DNA of 43,258 bases, from the IMG/VR virus record IMGVR_UViG_3300050154_000067. One strand, written 5' to 3'. Source of the stretch: a virus. Shown here in pieces: positions 26,847 to 34,485 of the stretch (its first letter is position 1; each line of letters begins with the position of its first letter). The translations under genes and the position numbers were made by a program. Below the pieces are notes generated by a model. The model saw only the letters and a list, made by a program, of their open reading frames with translations, was not told the DNA's origin and did no database searches.

Positions 26847-28465
26847 CAGATCAACTCCAGGAATTCATCGGAAATTATCAGTTTGCGCTGCATTGGCGCA
26901 TAAGAAATCATGACAGCATCTGCCAGGTTCGGGGATTTCAGGCCGTCGGGCTGCTTGTCTACGAGGATTTTGCCCACGGCGTTTATCGAGTATGTTGGCT
27001 GTGAGAGTTCAACGACCAAGCGAGACAAGTTAGCCATAGATCCATTCAACGAAATAATCTCGTCAGGGTTATAACTCATCCCCTGTTTGGCACGGAAAGT
27101 GTTCTGAAATAGCTTGCGGAGTCTCCACCAGCTTTGCGCCTTGTGATTGGCAAAAAAGTCTTTATTCAATCTGGACGCTTTCCCGTTGTCTCCTAACACG
27201 GCTTGCGCATCAGGTTCAAAAACGCCCCCGCTCCCACGGAAAGGTGTAGCCAGTATCTGCCCCTGACGATTGCCCTTTCGTATTGAGTTTATGGCCTTGG
27301 CATCACCACGAACGCCCGCCCCTAAACCGTCTTCATCAAAACGAAACTCTTCAAGGCCGTGTTCATCACAGAGGCCAAAAACTTTCATTACAGATTGGTA
27401 AATATCGCTACCAACGCCAGACCAGTCCTCGATCTCTTCAAGCAAGAATCCATGCCGGACAGAGAAGGCGTTCTTGTCCTTCCCTTCATCGGCCACATCC
27501 ATCGCCCCCATGCGGTCACCAGTTGGTTGAATGCAAAGGTCAATGTGTGCGTCGATGGCGGCCTGCACCCACTCAGAAGGAATAAGGACGCCTTCAGCAG
27601 AGGCTGAATAGTTCAAATCCAGCTCTTGGGCGACAACCACGGGGTTATCGATTTTGGCGCACTCCTTCGCATACCAGGCTTCATCCTTGCGTGGGTCGCT
27701 GCGCCAGTGGAACGTGAATACGGGGATCTTGCCGCCATGCCGCTTTTGTGCAAACGGGTTGTTCATGCCGTTGACCGATGAGAGGTCTATACGGCAGCGA
27801 GTTGTTTGGGACAGCGCTGCGTCAATGAGCAGTGGCCGCTGTAAAAATGCAGACTCATCAACCAGGTAAAGCGTGGTACGGTCACCGCGTCCAATATTGT
27901 CCCCCGCCTCGCCTTTGATAACGGCACCTGTCTCGGGAAACTCGACACGCATGTAAGGCGCGTGTTTTTTGTCGCTCCAACTACCGCGGAATTCGACCGG
28001 CAGCGTCTCAACAAATTTACGAGCTTTCCAGAACAGCGCCTTAGGGTCGCCGGTGCTGTCTACATATTCTTCTTTGCGCGAGCCGAACCCGATCACCATT
28101 TCTCGGTTAAATAGGCAGAGAGAACAGGCCATGCCAATGGCGGTCCAGCTTAACCCCATCTCGCGGCTTTTTTCCGTAATGCCGTTTTCCAAGTTTTCCC
28201 GGCGATCCATTATCCAGTGGATCCACTCCTCCTGTTTCGGGAAGAGTAAAAACGGGATAGTCACCGGTAGCCCATAGTCGATGTTGCGGGGGTCAGTCGT
28301 CATACCCCAGTCGATAATGAACTGGGCGGGATTATCGCGGTAGAATGCCTTGAGCGCCGGTAACATTTCAGGATGCTGGCGGATACGCTGCAACCGCTCC
28401 ATTCGCCATTCAAAAACTTGCCGATAGTCCGGTTTTTTGAAATCGAACGGGAAAGGGATCGGCAT
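26846..28465 (-). CDS. terL: Terminase large subunit
   Basis: 539 aa, located between TerS and the portal; a C-terminal nuclease-like region contains '[12 protein letters not shown]'. Confidence 0.8.
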   Translation of the reverse strand: MPIPFPFDFKKPDYRQVFEWRMERLQRIRQHPEMLPALKAFYRDNPAQFIIDWGMTTDPRNIDYGLPVTIPFLLFPKQEEWIHWIMDRRENLENGITEKSREMGLSWTAIGMACSLCLFNREMVIGFGSRKEEYVDSTGDPKALFWKARKFVETLPVEFRGSWSDKKHAPYMRVEFPETGAVIKGEAGDNIGRGDRTTLYLVDESAFLQRPLLIDAALSQTTRCRIDLSSVNGMNNPFAQKRHGGKIPVFTFHWRSDPRKDEAWYAKECAKIDNPVVVAQELDLNYSASAEGVLIPSEWVQAAIDAHIDLCIQPTGDRMGAMDVADEGKDKNAFSVRHGFLLEEIEDWSGVGSDIYQSVMKVFGLCDEHGLEEFRFDEDGLGAGVRGDAKAINSIRKGNRQGQILATPFRGSGGVFEPDAQAVLGDNGKASRLNKDFFANHKAQSWWRLRKLFQNTFRAKQGMSYNPDEIISLNGSMANLSRLVVELSQPTYSINAVGKILVDKQPDGLKSPNLADAVMISYAPMQRKLIISDEFLELI

Positions 28466-28483
28466 AGCGGATTACTCGAATTT

Positions 28484-28677
28484 TGCATGAAAAAAGGGAG
28501 TTTTTAACATAATGGTGCTTACCCGCACCGCGCCGAGACCACTCAAGGCCACCATGCAGTGAACCCGGTATTTTTAACAAACTCCTCCCGAAAACAGCGC
28601 AAAAAACACTGCATAAATCGTGCATAAAACAGGGGTGAATTTGCATAACGTTTTTACAGCGTGAACGCGGTATTTCT
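28484..28677. repeat. Repeat array in the terS-terL spacer (TGCATAA/TGCATGA x4; 17-bp GTGAACnCGGTATTTnT x2)
   Basis: TGCATGA at 28484. TGCATAA at 28610, 28621 and 28642 (spacing 11 and 21 bp). GTGAACCCGGTATTTTT at 28559 and GTGAACGCGGTATTTCT at 28661. Confidence 0.8.
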
Positions 28678-28682
28678 TGCGG

Positions 28683-29468
28683 TTATCCCATCAATTGGCG
28701 GTATGCGTCTGCGGCTTCGTCAGGTGTCAGGCTCGTCGTGTCGACATTCTCCAGTTCCCCTACAGGTTTGCCGAGCTGCAGTTTCAACTTGCCGACCTCG
28801 AGTTCAACCTTTTCCGTCGTGGCCTCACGGTAGTTGGTATCCGCAAGAGCCTTGTTCATGACCACGGTGGTGTGTTCGATGGACTCAATGCGTACCGTGT
28901 TGCGCATCATGGCCTTTTCAGCCGAGCTTATTTTCTCAGTCAGCGTTTTCACCAGGTCGGGTTCTGCGTCTTCCAGTTGTGAAAGCCAGCGTCCGATATT
29001 TTCAGAAGCCACCAGGTTATTGGCCCGCAGGCGAAACAGCTCATCTTCGAGCGTCAGCGCCTTGGCGTCCTCTATCACCTCGTCACTCAACAGCAGGCGG
29101 CGGGCGTAGCCACCGTGTTTAAGCGAGACTTGATTGCGTGGCTGGAATGCGTTGACGGGTGGAGCGGTACGCGAACCTCGAATCGGTTTCGTAATTTCCG
29201 GGGGCCGGCCGTCTCCCTGTGATGGCTTTTCTTTTTTCTCACGCTCGACGCGGGATTGCTCGGTACGCACCTTATCTTTTTGCGTACCATTTTTGCGTAC
29301 TTGCGTACCAGATTGCGTACCCGTTTTTTTCTTGCGTACCCAGCCGAGTTTAGCTGCACGTTTCCGTATAGCCCCTTCGGTTATTCCGTACCGTGCCGCA
29401 ATGTCACGGAGGCTTTCGTTACCGGCACAGTAGGCTTTTTGTATCGCCTCCCAGTCCGGCGTTGCCAT
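28683..29468 (-). CDS. terS: Terminase small subunit
   Basis: N-terminal HTH 'SLRDIAARYGITEGAIRKRAAKLGW', a basic linker and a coiled-coil C-terminus; upstream of TerL. Confidence 0.75.
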   Translation of the reverse strand: MATPDWEAIQKAYCAGNESLRDIAARYGITEGAIRKRAAKLGWVRKKKTGTQSGTQVRKNGTQKDKVRTEQSRVEREKKEKPSQGDGRPPEITKPIRGSRTAPPVNAFQPRNQVSLKHGGYARRLLLSDEVIEDAKALTLEDELFRLRANNLVASENIGRWLSQLEDAEPDLVKTLTEKISSAEKAMMRNTVRIESIEHTTVVMNKALADTNYREATTEKVELEVGKLKLQLGKPVGELENVDTTSLTPDEAADAYRQLMG

Positions 29469-29533
29469 TAGAGATACCTCTATGTCAGGAAATCATTATC
29501 GATGGCTCTCAATGAAAGCCACCTGTAATGCTA

Positions 29534-30046
29534 TTACTGAAACTTTTGCAGCAGCGCGCCGAAAAGCTTTTTGCCCAGGGCCTCCAGTTCCTCGGCTGGA
29601 AGCAAGCCTACTGCGCTGACTGTATCAATGACTTTTTCGAGATCTTCAATACCGGCGCGCAGGCCCCCCACCAAGTCCTTCACTGCAGAAGTTACTACCG
29701 GAGCGTCGACGCTCGACTTAACGCCATCAGCAGCAACGCCATTATCAGCCAGCGGAAGAGCAGCAAAGTCCAGGATAATAGTGTCAGCGGTACCATCATC
29801 GAGGGTAGCAACAACGCCAATCTGCCCAAAGGCTATGCTGACTACAGCGGCGGTAACAATGCCGTTTGCATCAGTTGTCGCGATTTCCGGGGTGATGATT
29901 GCGGGGGTACCAGCCGCGGTAAACGTAACGTTCTGACCCGCCAGCGCAACACCAGTTGCGTCGGTCACCAGAGCACTAACGGTATTTGCCGTAGTGCCAT
30001 CGGCCAGGGCACCATTGCTGATCAAACTCAGTTTAATTAGAGACAT
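29534..30046 (-). CDS. Bacterial Ig-like (Big_1, invasin/intimin-type) domain protein with helical C-terminal tail
   Basis: 'ADGTTANTVSALVTDATGVALAGQNVTFTA...ATTDANGIVTAAVVS'. The minus strand is chosen over the mirror ORF 29528..30040. Confidence 0.65.
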   Translation of the reverse strand: MSLIKLSLISNGALADGTTANTVSALVTDATGVALAGQNVTFTAAGTPAIITPEIATTDANGIVTAAVVSIAFGQIGVVATLDDGTADTIILDFAALPLADNGVAADGVKSSVDAPVVTSAVKDLVGGLRAGIEDLEKVIDTVSAVGLLPAEELEALGKKLFGALLQKFQ

Positions 30047-30058
30047 TTGGGCTTTTCC

Positions 30059-30418
30059 TTACTTGGCCAGGGTTTTAGCAGCAGCGACCAGACTTTCCCA
30101 CTCGGCCCCAATTTCGTGGCCAGCAGCGTGAAGTAGTGGAAGAAGAGCAGATAGAACGCTTTCTACTGCCGGTGCAGCCGCTTCTACTGCGGTAATTGTG
30201 TTTGACACGGTTTCCGCTGCGGCGGCGACAGGCGCGGCAACAGGGATAACGGTTGATAGTGCAGCTGCGGTTTGTGCAACTTCGGTAGCAATACTTTGCG
30301 CGGATTGAACCGCTGCGCCTGCGGCAGTGAGCCCAGCGCTGGTAGCTGATTGGATAGTCATCTCGGTAACCTTCTGTGATGGGGTAAATAAAGAGAAAAG
30401 TTTTTGGAGCAGGTTCAT
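30059..30418 (-). CDS. Ala-rich helical protein of unknown function
   Basis: AAGGAG SD 7 nt before ATG 30418; 119 aa; sits where spanins usually are. Confidence 0.55.
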   Translation of the reverse strand: MNLLQKLFSLFTPSQKVTEMTIQSATSAGLTAAGAAVQSAQSIATEVAQTAAALSTVIPVAAPVAAAAETVSNTITAVEAAAPAVESVLSALLPLLHAAGHEIGAEWESLVAAAKTLAK

Positions 30419-30430
30419 TTCTGGACTCCT

Positions 30431-31060
30431 TCAGGCGGTCAGGGCTTTGAGGGCCGTTTGATAGCGCGCCGTTCTGTCCGCCAGGCCGTTATTACCGCCA
30501 TTAATTAACTGGCTAATCACAGCGACATTGCCTGAATAACGAAGGCAGCCGCGAGATGTGTAGAACCATGCAGCGGACAGTGCGGCATTAGATGGCTGCT
30601 CGAGCAATTCCGGCGTGGCCACCAGCTCGACGCCGATGGCCTTGCCACACGCCAGGTAGTTATCAAGAAACGTCGTCTGGATAAGCCCCTGACCTCGATA
30701 CTTCCAGCCGTCGCCCGGTGCTTTATTGCCGTATCGGCCGTGATAAACCAGATTAGCAATTGCCGTTTGGCGTACTGGAGGGACAACTTTTTCACCCACC
30801 TGTCGACCTAATGACTTAGCCTGATCCATACTCAGGTGGTTTGGTACGAATAGCTGGATAAGCGCCTGTACGGAGTAGTTGAAAGACTCGGTGATGGATG
30901 AAAACCCGGCGCTTTCATGCGCTACCTGAGCAATGAACATCGCTTGGTCTTCTGTTTTTGTAATGCCGAATTTTGTCATTGCCGCTGTGATATGCGGATA
31001 CCAGCGCGCAGCAAGCTCGGCGCTTATACCAGCCGCCGCCTGAAATTGGCTTTGATTCAT
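30431..31060 (-). CDS. Endolysin, glycoside hydrolase family 19 (chitinase-like) type
   Basis: 'FIAQVAHESAGF', 'YHGRYGNK..GDGWKYRGQGLIQTT' and 'AAWFY' motifs. Confidence 0.85.
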   Translation of the reverse strand: MNQSQFQAAAGISAELAARWYPHITAAMTKFGITKTEDQAMFIAQVAHESAGFSSITESFNYSVQALIQLFVPNHLSMDQAKSLGRQVGEKVVPPVRQTAIANLVYHGRYGNKAPGDGWKYRGQGLIQTTFLDNYLACGKAIGVELVATPELLEQPSNAALSAAWFYTSRGCLRYSGNVAVISQLINGGNNGLADRTARYQTALKALTA

Positions 31061-31332
31061 ATTCGTCTCGACAAGAGTTTTGCTACATTGCCGCGTGCAC
31101 GAATAACGAGAGCAGCAACGAGGAGATTAATTAGGGGGGTAACCGGATGAGCATTTACGTAAAGCCCAAACAGGAAGTTAATGACCACGCCTCCGTATCC
31201 GAGAACCAGAACATATGCCAGCCAGCTCGCCCACCAGCAATGTTTTGCGCCAGCTTTTCTAAAAAACATCAGGCGTAGCGCAATCAAAGCGCAAAGCAAC
31301 GTGTTGGCAATTACAAAGGGATCTTTAGCCAT
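31057..31332 (-). CDS. Holin/antiholin-like membrane protein
   Basis: 91 aa with 2-3 predicted TM helices; ATGA coupling to the endolysin. Confidence 0.6.
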   Translation of the reverse strand: MAKDPFVIANTLLCALIALRLMFFRKAGAKHCWWASWLAYVLVLGYGGVVINFLFGLYVNAHPVTPLINLLVAALVIRARGNVAKLLSRRI

Positions 31333-31696
31333 TGCCGCCTCCCTTGAATCTCGCGATCCAGTCGGCAGGTGATTGGCTGTTTAGCCAGGCCAGCCATTTG
31401 ATTGCCAGCGCTGAAACGATTACAGCCGCCAGCGGCGCAAGCGTCTGTTTGTTGTATCCCGTCCAGCTCGCCAGCCGATCACCAAATATTCCAGCCCCGA
31501 GAACGCCAACCATGAACGATGTCATGAAATAGCAGGCCCGTTTAAATAGCGGCACATCGGAAGCGGTCGCGACGTAATACACGGCCCCGGCAAATGCCCC
31601 GAATATAATTCCGTAATCAGTCTGTGTTACTGCCCCGAAAAGCGTTGCGCCCGTTAGCGTGGCGGCGATTACCGTGGATGTTGCCGGATCGGACAT
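31325..31696 (-). CDS. Holin-like membrane protein
   Basis: 123 aa with 3-4 predicted TM helices; first gene of the lysis cassette. Confidence 0.6.
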   Translation of the reverse strand: MSDPATSTVIAATLTGATLFGAVTQTDYGIIFGAFAGAVYYVATASDVPLFKRACYFMTSFMVGVLGAGIFGDRLASWTGYNKQTLAPLAAVIVSALAIKWLAWLNSQSPADWIARFKGGGNG

Positions 31697-31742
31697 TGCG
31701 CCCTCCCTTTATTTGATGTCCTCCATTGAGGGCGGTTTTATC

Positions 31743-31817
31743 TCTTTAGTCGGCGCGCCATCGAGCGCCACAAAGTTGGGGAATGAGCCCGTTTGTAGCT
31801 GACGCACCGACTAAAGA
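31743..31817. repeat. 15-bp inverted repeat (1 mismatch) enclosing a 45-nt loop
   Basis: TCTTTAGTCGGCGCG at 31743-31757 pairs with CGCACCGACTAAAGA at 31803-31817. Confidence 0.8.
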
Positions 31818-31819
31818 AA

Positions 31820-31850
31820 TAAAAAAGGCCACCCGAAGGCAGCCTTTTGT
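31820..31850. terminator. Rho-independent terminator with UUCG loop (after moron B)
   Basis: The minus strand reads AGGCTGCC-TTCG-GGTGGCCT followed by TTTTTTATTT. There are A/T runs on both sides. Confidence 0.7.
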
Positions 31851-31863
31851 AAACTCATTGATA

Positions 31864-32373
31864 TCATGATGGAATTGCATTCACTACGGGTTTTTCTTTA
31901 AGTGCTAACTCAGGGTCATTAACAGATGAAAGAACCCTTAATTTTATCGCCTCGCAAACATTGGCGTATTTATTTTCTTTTTCATCAGCTCGAAATGTTT
32001 GCTCTCCGTCATCAACTTCAACAGTTCCATCTGAATACAGGAGGCGAATACGGATGCTTACATTGCAAGCCTTGCCGCCTCTTGGTGAATCATCCACCAC
32101 TGTAGATATTGTAAAATTAAAGAAGTAATTTGCTTCAAATTCAATCTGGTTCAATGCGCATTTTCTAAAATTCGCATCATACATCTTTCCCGTAAACACA
32201 TAGGGATGTGTAACCCCACTAATATCAGTCCAGGTTTCCTTTTCAAGACCAAGCGACTTTCTGTATTCATCAACTAATCTTTCAGCTTCTGAAAGAATTA
32301 AGTTTCGTCTATTGGACTGCTCGGCTTCAACATCTTCACGTCTTTTCTTTATTTCTTCGTAAGTGATACCCAT
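31864..32373 (-). CDS. Moron B: 169-aa protein of unknown function (start ATG 32373; alternative ATG 32409)
   Basis: GGAGAAAGG SD before 32373. Visibly AT-rich and flanked by two very similar UUCG-loop terminators. It occupies the slot between the late leader and the lysis genes. Confidence 0.65.
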   Translation of the reverse strand: MGITYEEIKKRREDVEAEQSNRRNLILSEAERLVDEYRKSLGLEKETWTDISGVTHPYVFTGKMYDANFRKCALNQIEFEANYFFNFTISTVVDDSPRGGKACNVSIRIRLLYSDGTVEVDDGEQTFRADEKENKYANVCEAIKLRVLSSVNDPELALKEKPVVNAIPS

Positions 32374-32442
32374 TGCCTTTCTCCATACGCCATTATGTTG
32401 GATTAGCATGATTACCACCTATCTAAGGTCATTTCCGTGATT

Positions 32443-32470
32443 AAAAACAAAGGCCACCGAAGTGAGCCTG
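32443..32470 (-). terminator. Rho-independent terminator with UUCG loop (end of late leader, tR'-like)
   Basis: The minus strand reads AGGCTCAC-TTCG-GTGGCCT followed by TTGTTTTT. Confidence 0.7.
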
Positions 32471-32479
32471 TCAATTTGT

Positions 32480-32562
32480 CACAACGATAAAGGCTGTGCA
32501 TGCCGTGGTAATGTACGCGGTCTTATTGAAGGGTAATTAGCCCCACAGCCTTTATCGTTGTG
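32480..32562. repeat. 19-bp perfect inverted repeat enclosing a 45-nt loop
   Basis: CACAACGATAAAGGCTGTG at 32480-32498 pairs with CACAGCCTTTATCGTTGTG at 32544-32562. Confidence 0.9.
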
Positions 32563-32923
32563 TGCCGGTGACTGGTCCGGCGCGCTCAACCACAGTATGC
32601 GCAGATTCAGATTGTGGCCCAGCTCTTTGCTACACCATTTCAGGCACGTTCGTCGCCTGCGCTCCGTTTTGCCACACTCTCGCAGTGGCCGCGCTCATGC
32701 CCTTGAGTCTCTGTCGCTCCTCGCCGCTAATAACCGGTGCTCGTTTGGCGTTCGAGCTGCTCTACCGGTGCGCTTGGTCTAAGTAACCCTAACCAGTGCG
32801 CTCTCAGCTTTTTACCTGAGACTGGCTCCCTCAATAAGGATTCGGGGCAGCATCATTATTGCTGCGTTGGCTGACGCCTGCGGTCTAACCGTTTTGCTGT
32901 CACATACCGACCTCCAGAAACGC

Positions 32924-32946
32924 GAAAACCCGCACTAGGCGGGTTC
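32924..32946 (-). terminator. Rho-independent terminator ~45 nt after the Q-like gene
   Basis: The minus strand reads AACCCGC-CTAGT-GCGGGTT followed by TTCGCGTTT. Confidence 0.6.
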
Positions 32947-32991
32947 TTATAATTCTGACAACATATCAAATTAGGCTTAAATTTAGCCCAT

Positions 32992-33678
32992 TTAGTTTGA
33001 TTCTGCAAGAACAACTTGAAAATTTGCTGCCTTTTGTTCCGAACGTGTTCGGGCAAGGGCCTTTAAAGAATTCCGATCAAGAGATGAAAGAACCGCCGAA
33101 ATCACATCCCAGTGGGGTTGGTAGGTTATCGACCAGGTAGATTTATCCACGCCAACCATATCCGCAAGGTCACCATACTGATAACCATCGAGCCCCCTGA
33201 TTATCATGCGCACATCTTGCGCCGCCAACCAAGTAAGAGCCTTAAGTCGGTCTACGGTCTTTTTAGCCAGCCGCTTAGTATTTCGCGCTGTGAACTCTGC
33301 CCACACCCACTTAACGAGAATTTCCTGATGCGCCCATTTGAGATCATTGCCGTAACACCATGACAACCAAGCCAGCTGCTGCTCTGGCAAAACAGACAGC
33401 GCGCGACGCCACGACGCTGTGCTGTACTCGAGTTCCATAACTAGCGGTATCGATGTCCCCTTTGCGTGTGACTGCTTGCCGGGAACCGGCGGGTTCGTCA
33501 GCGTAATCTTTTTGCCGGTCACCTCGTCGATCACAACTTGGCGCTTCCTGGGAAAACGGTCGTTCGTGTATTGCAGTTGTTCCACCAGCGCTACCAACTG
33601 CCCTTTTGTTCTGCCGCTGAAATCGGCGGTGGCCAGCGTCAACGCGTCACGCACGTATTGCAGATACTGATCATTCAT
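32992..33678 (-). CDS. Late-gene antiterminator Q candidate (228 aa from ATG 33678)
   Basis: Last gene of the early-right operon, after rusA and before the terminators and lysis genes. GGGGAG SD before 33678. The 39-codon Arg-rich extension to 33795 looks non-coding. Assignment is mainly positional. Confidence 0.45.
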   Translation of the reverse strand: MNDQYLQYVRDALTLATADFSGRTKGQLVALVEQLQYTNDRFPRKRQVVIDEVTGKKITLTNPPVPGKQSHAKGTSIPLVMELEYSTASWRRALSVLPEQQLAWLSWCYGNDLKWAHQEILVKWVWAEFTARNTKRLAKKTVDRLKALTWLAAQDVRMIIRGLDGYQYGDLADMVGVDKSTWSITYQPHWDVISAVLSSLDRNSLKALARTRSEQKAANFQVVLAESN

Positions 33679-33814
33679 AAGCCGAACTCCCCTGACGCCA
33701 GCAGAACGCGTACATGATTTTTCATAATCCGGTAATCCACCAGCACTGTGCCGGCGGCGCGAAATAAACGGAGGCGCAGCCAGAACCGGCGGCACTCGAC
33801 TAACGCTTGCTGTG

Positions 33815-34192
33815 TCATGGCTTGATCTCCCCGATTAATATTTCACCAATTAATATTTTCCCGCTGACGCCCCAGATTTTGCTGACTCGGTGATCGAATA
33901 CGTGCGAGTCTTCCTCGAACACGGCATCGAGCAACGCCTTGTGCAAATTATCAAGATCGGGCTTTTGCTGGTGGCCCTTCCCTGCCATTTCAGCGCGCTT
34001 TTGCTTACTCCAACTACTTGGCATTGGGATCACGAAAATGATGTGCGCTGCGCTCTCTGGCACTACGACTTTTTTCAGTCGGCACTCGTCTTTAAATGCC
34101 CGGTACCGAAGAACGGCAGGACGCTTGGCCCATTTATCCTTCTGGGTCATGCGCGGTTTGCCCATTGGAACGATTTCGTAGGATTTCATCAT
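33815..34192 (-). CDS. rusA: RusA-family Holliday junction resolvase
   Basis: 'GKPRMTQKDKW', 'PDLDNLHKALLDAV...DSHV' (catalytic Asp cluster). Confidence 0.8.
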   Translation of the reverse strand: MMKSYEIVPMGKPRMTQKDKWAKRPAVLRYRAFKDECRLKKVVVPESAAHIIFVIPMPSSWSKQKRAEMAGKGHQQKPDLDNLHKALLDAVFEEDSHVFDHRVSKIWGVSGKILIGEILIGEIKP

Positions 34193-34485
34193 TTCGGCAC
34201 CACCAGCCCGCGACGGGTGATTTCTTTGATTGTCAGGACAATGGCGCGGTCCATCAGTTGGCGGCGCTCACCAAGTGAGAGATCTTTGCCGTTATCTATT
34301 TCCGTGTGGCAACCCACGCACAAGGCCGCTGTCAGGCTATCGTCGACTTTTAGGCCAATACCTTTCCCCTCATTCCGGTGCGCAACTTGTATGCCCCACG
34401 CGCCGCATAGAACGCATTGTTCGAGGCTTCCGACGGCCGCCAGCCATTTTTTATTACGGTATGTTTTCACGCCATTACCCCGCAT
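34189..34485 (-). CDS. Nin-region Cys4 protein (DUF1364-like by recollection)
   Basis: 'CVLCG...VAHRN' and 'CVGCHTEID' motifs. Confidence 0.55.
   Translation of the reverse strand: MRGNGVKTYRNKKWLAAVGSLEQCVLCGAWGIQVAHRNEGKGIGLKVDDSLTAALCVGCHTEIDNGKDLSLGERRQLMDRAIVLTIKEITRRGLVVPK

Noticed and set aside
28410-28646. 78-aa minus-strand ORF in the terS-terL spacer
   Set aside because: It runs across the terL start in another frame. Its product is Cys/His/Phe-rich and low-complexity. It has no SD, and the repeats explain the open frame poorly.
29528-30040. 170-aa plus-strand ORF mirroring the Big_1 gene
   Set aside because: It is the exact antisense of 29534..30046. Its product is Cys/Arg/Ser-rich and not protein-like. 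The minus-strand product has a clear Ig-like domain and fits the operon direction.
30100-30360. Pro-rich alternative frame inside the Ala-rich gene as an embedded Rz1-like o-spanin
   Set aside because: That frame opens just after a TGA, has no ATG or GTG start, and lacks a lipobox with an early Cys.
32558-32786. Two 74-aa plus-strand ORFs, and the 66-aa minus-strand ORF 32856..33056, in or near the late leader
   Set aside because: The plus-strand ORFs oppose the transcription direction and lack SD sequences. The minus-strand ORF overlaps the 3' end of the Q-like gene and crosses a terminator hairpin.
32560-32900. tRNA genes in the Q-to-lysis gap (as in Stx phages)
   Set aside because: Some T-loop-like strings occur (GTTCGAGC, CGAATCC), but none has matching T-stems, a D-arm or an acceptor stem on either strand.
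33679-33795. 39-codon N-terminal extension of the Q-like ORF (likewise 24540..24647, 20309..20434, 36838..37002, 38080..38142, 40355..40402 and 8698..8769 for their respective genes)
   Set aside because: The extensions overlap upstream genes or are Arg-rich and low-complexity. Internal ATGs with good SD sequences or ATGA/TAATG coupling give tighter, more plausible gene starts.
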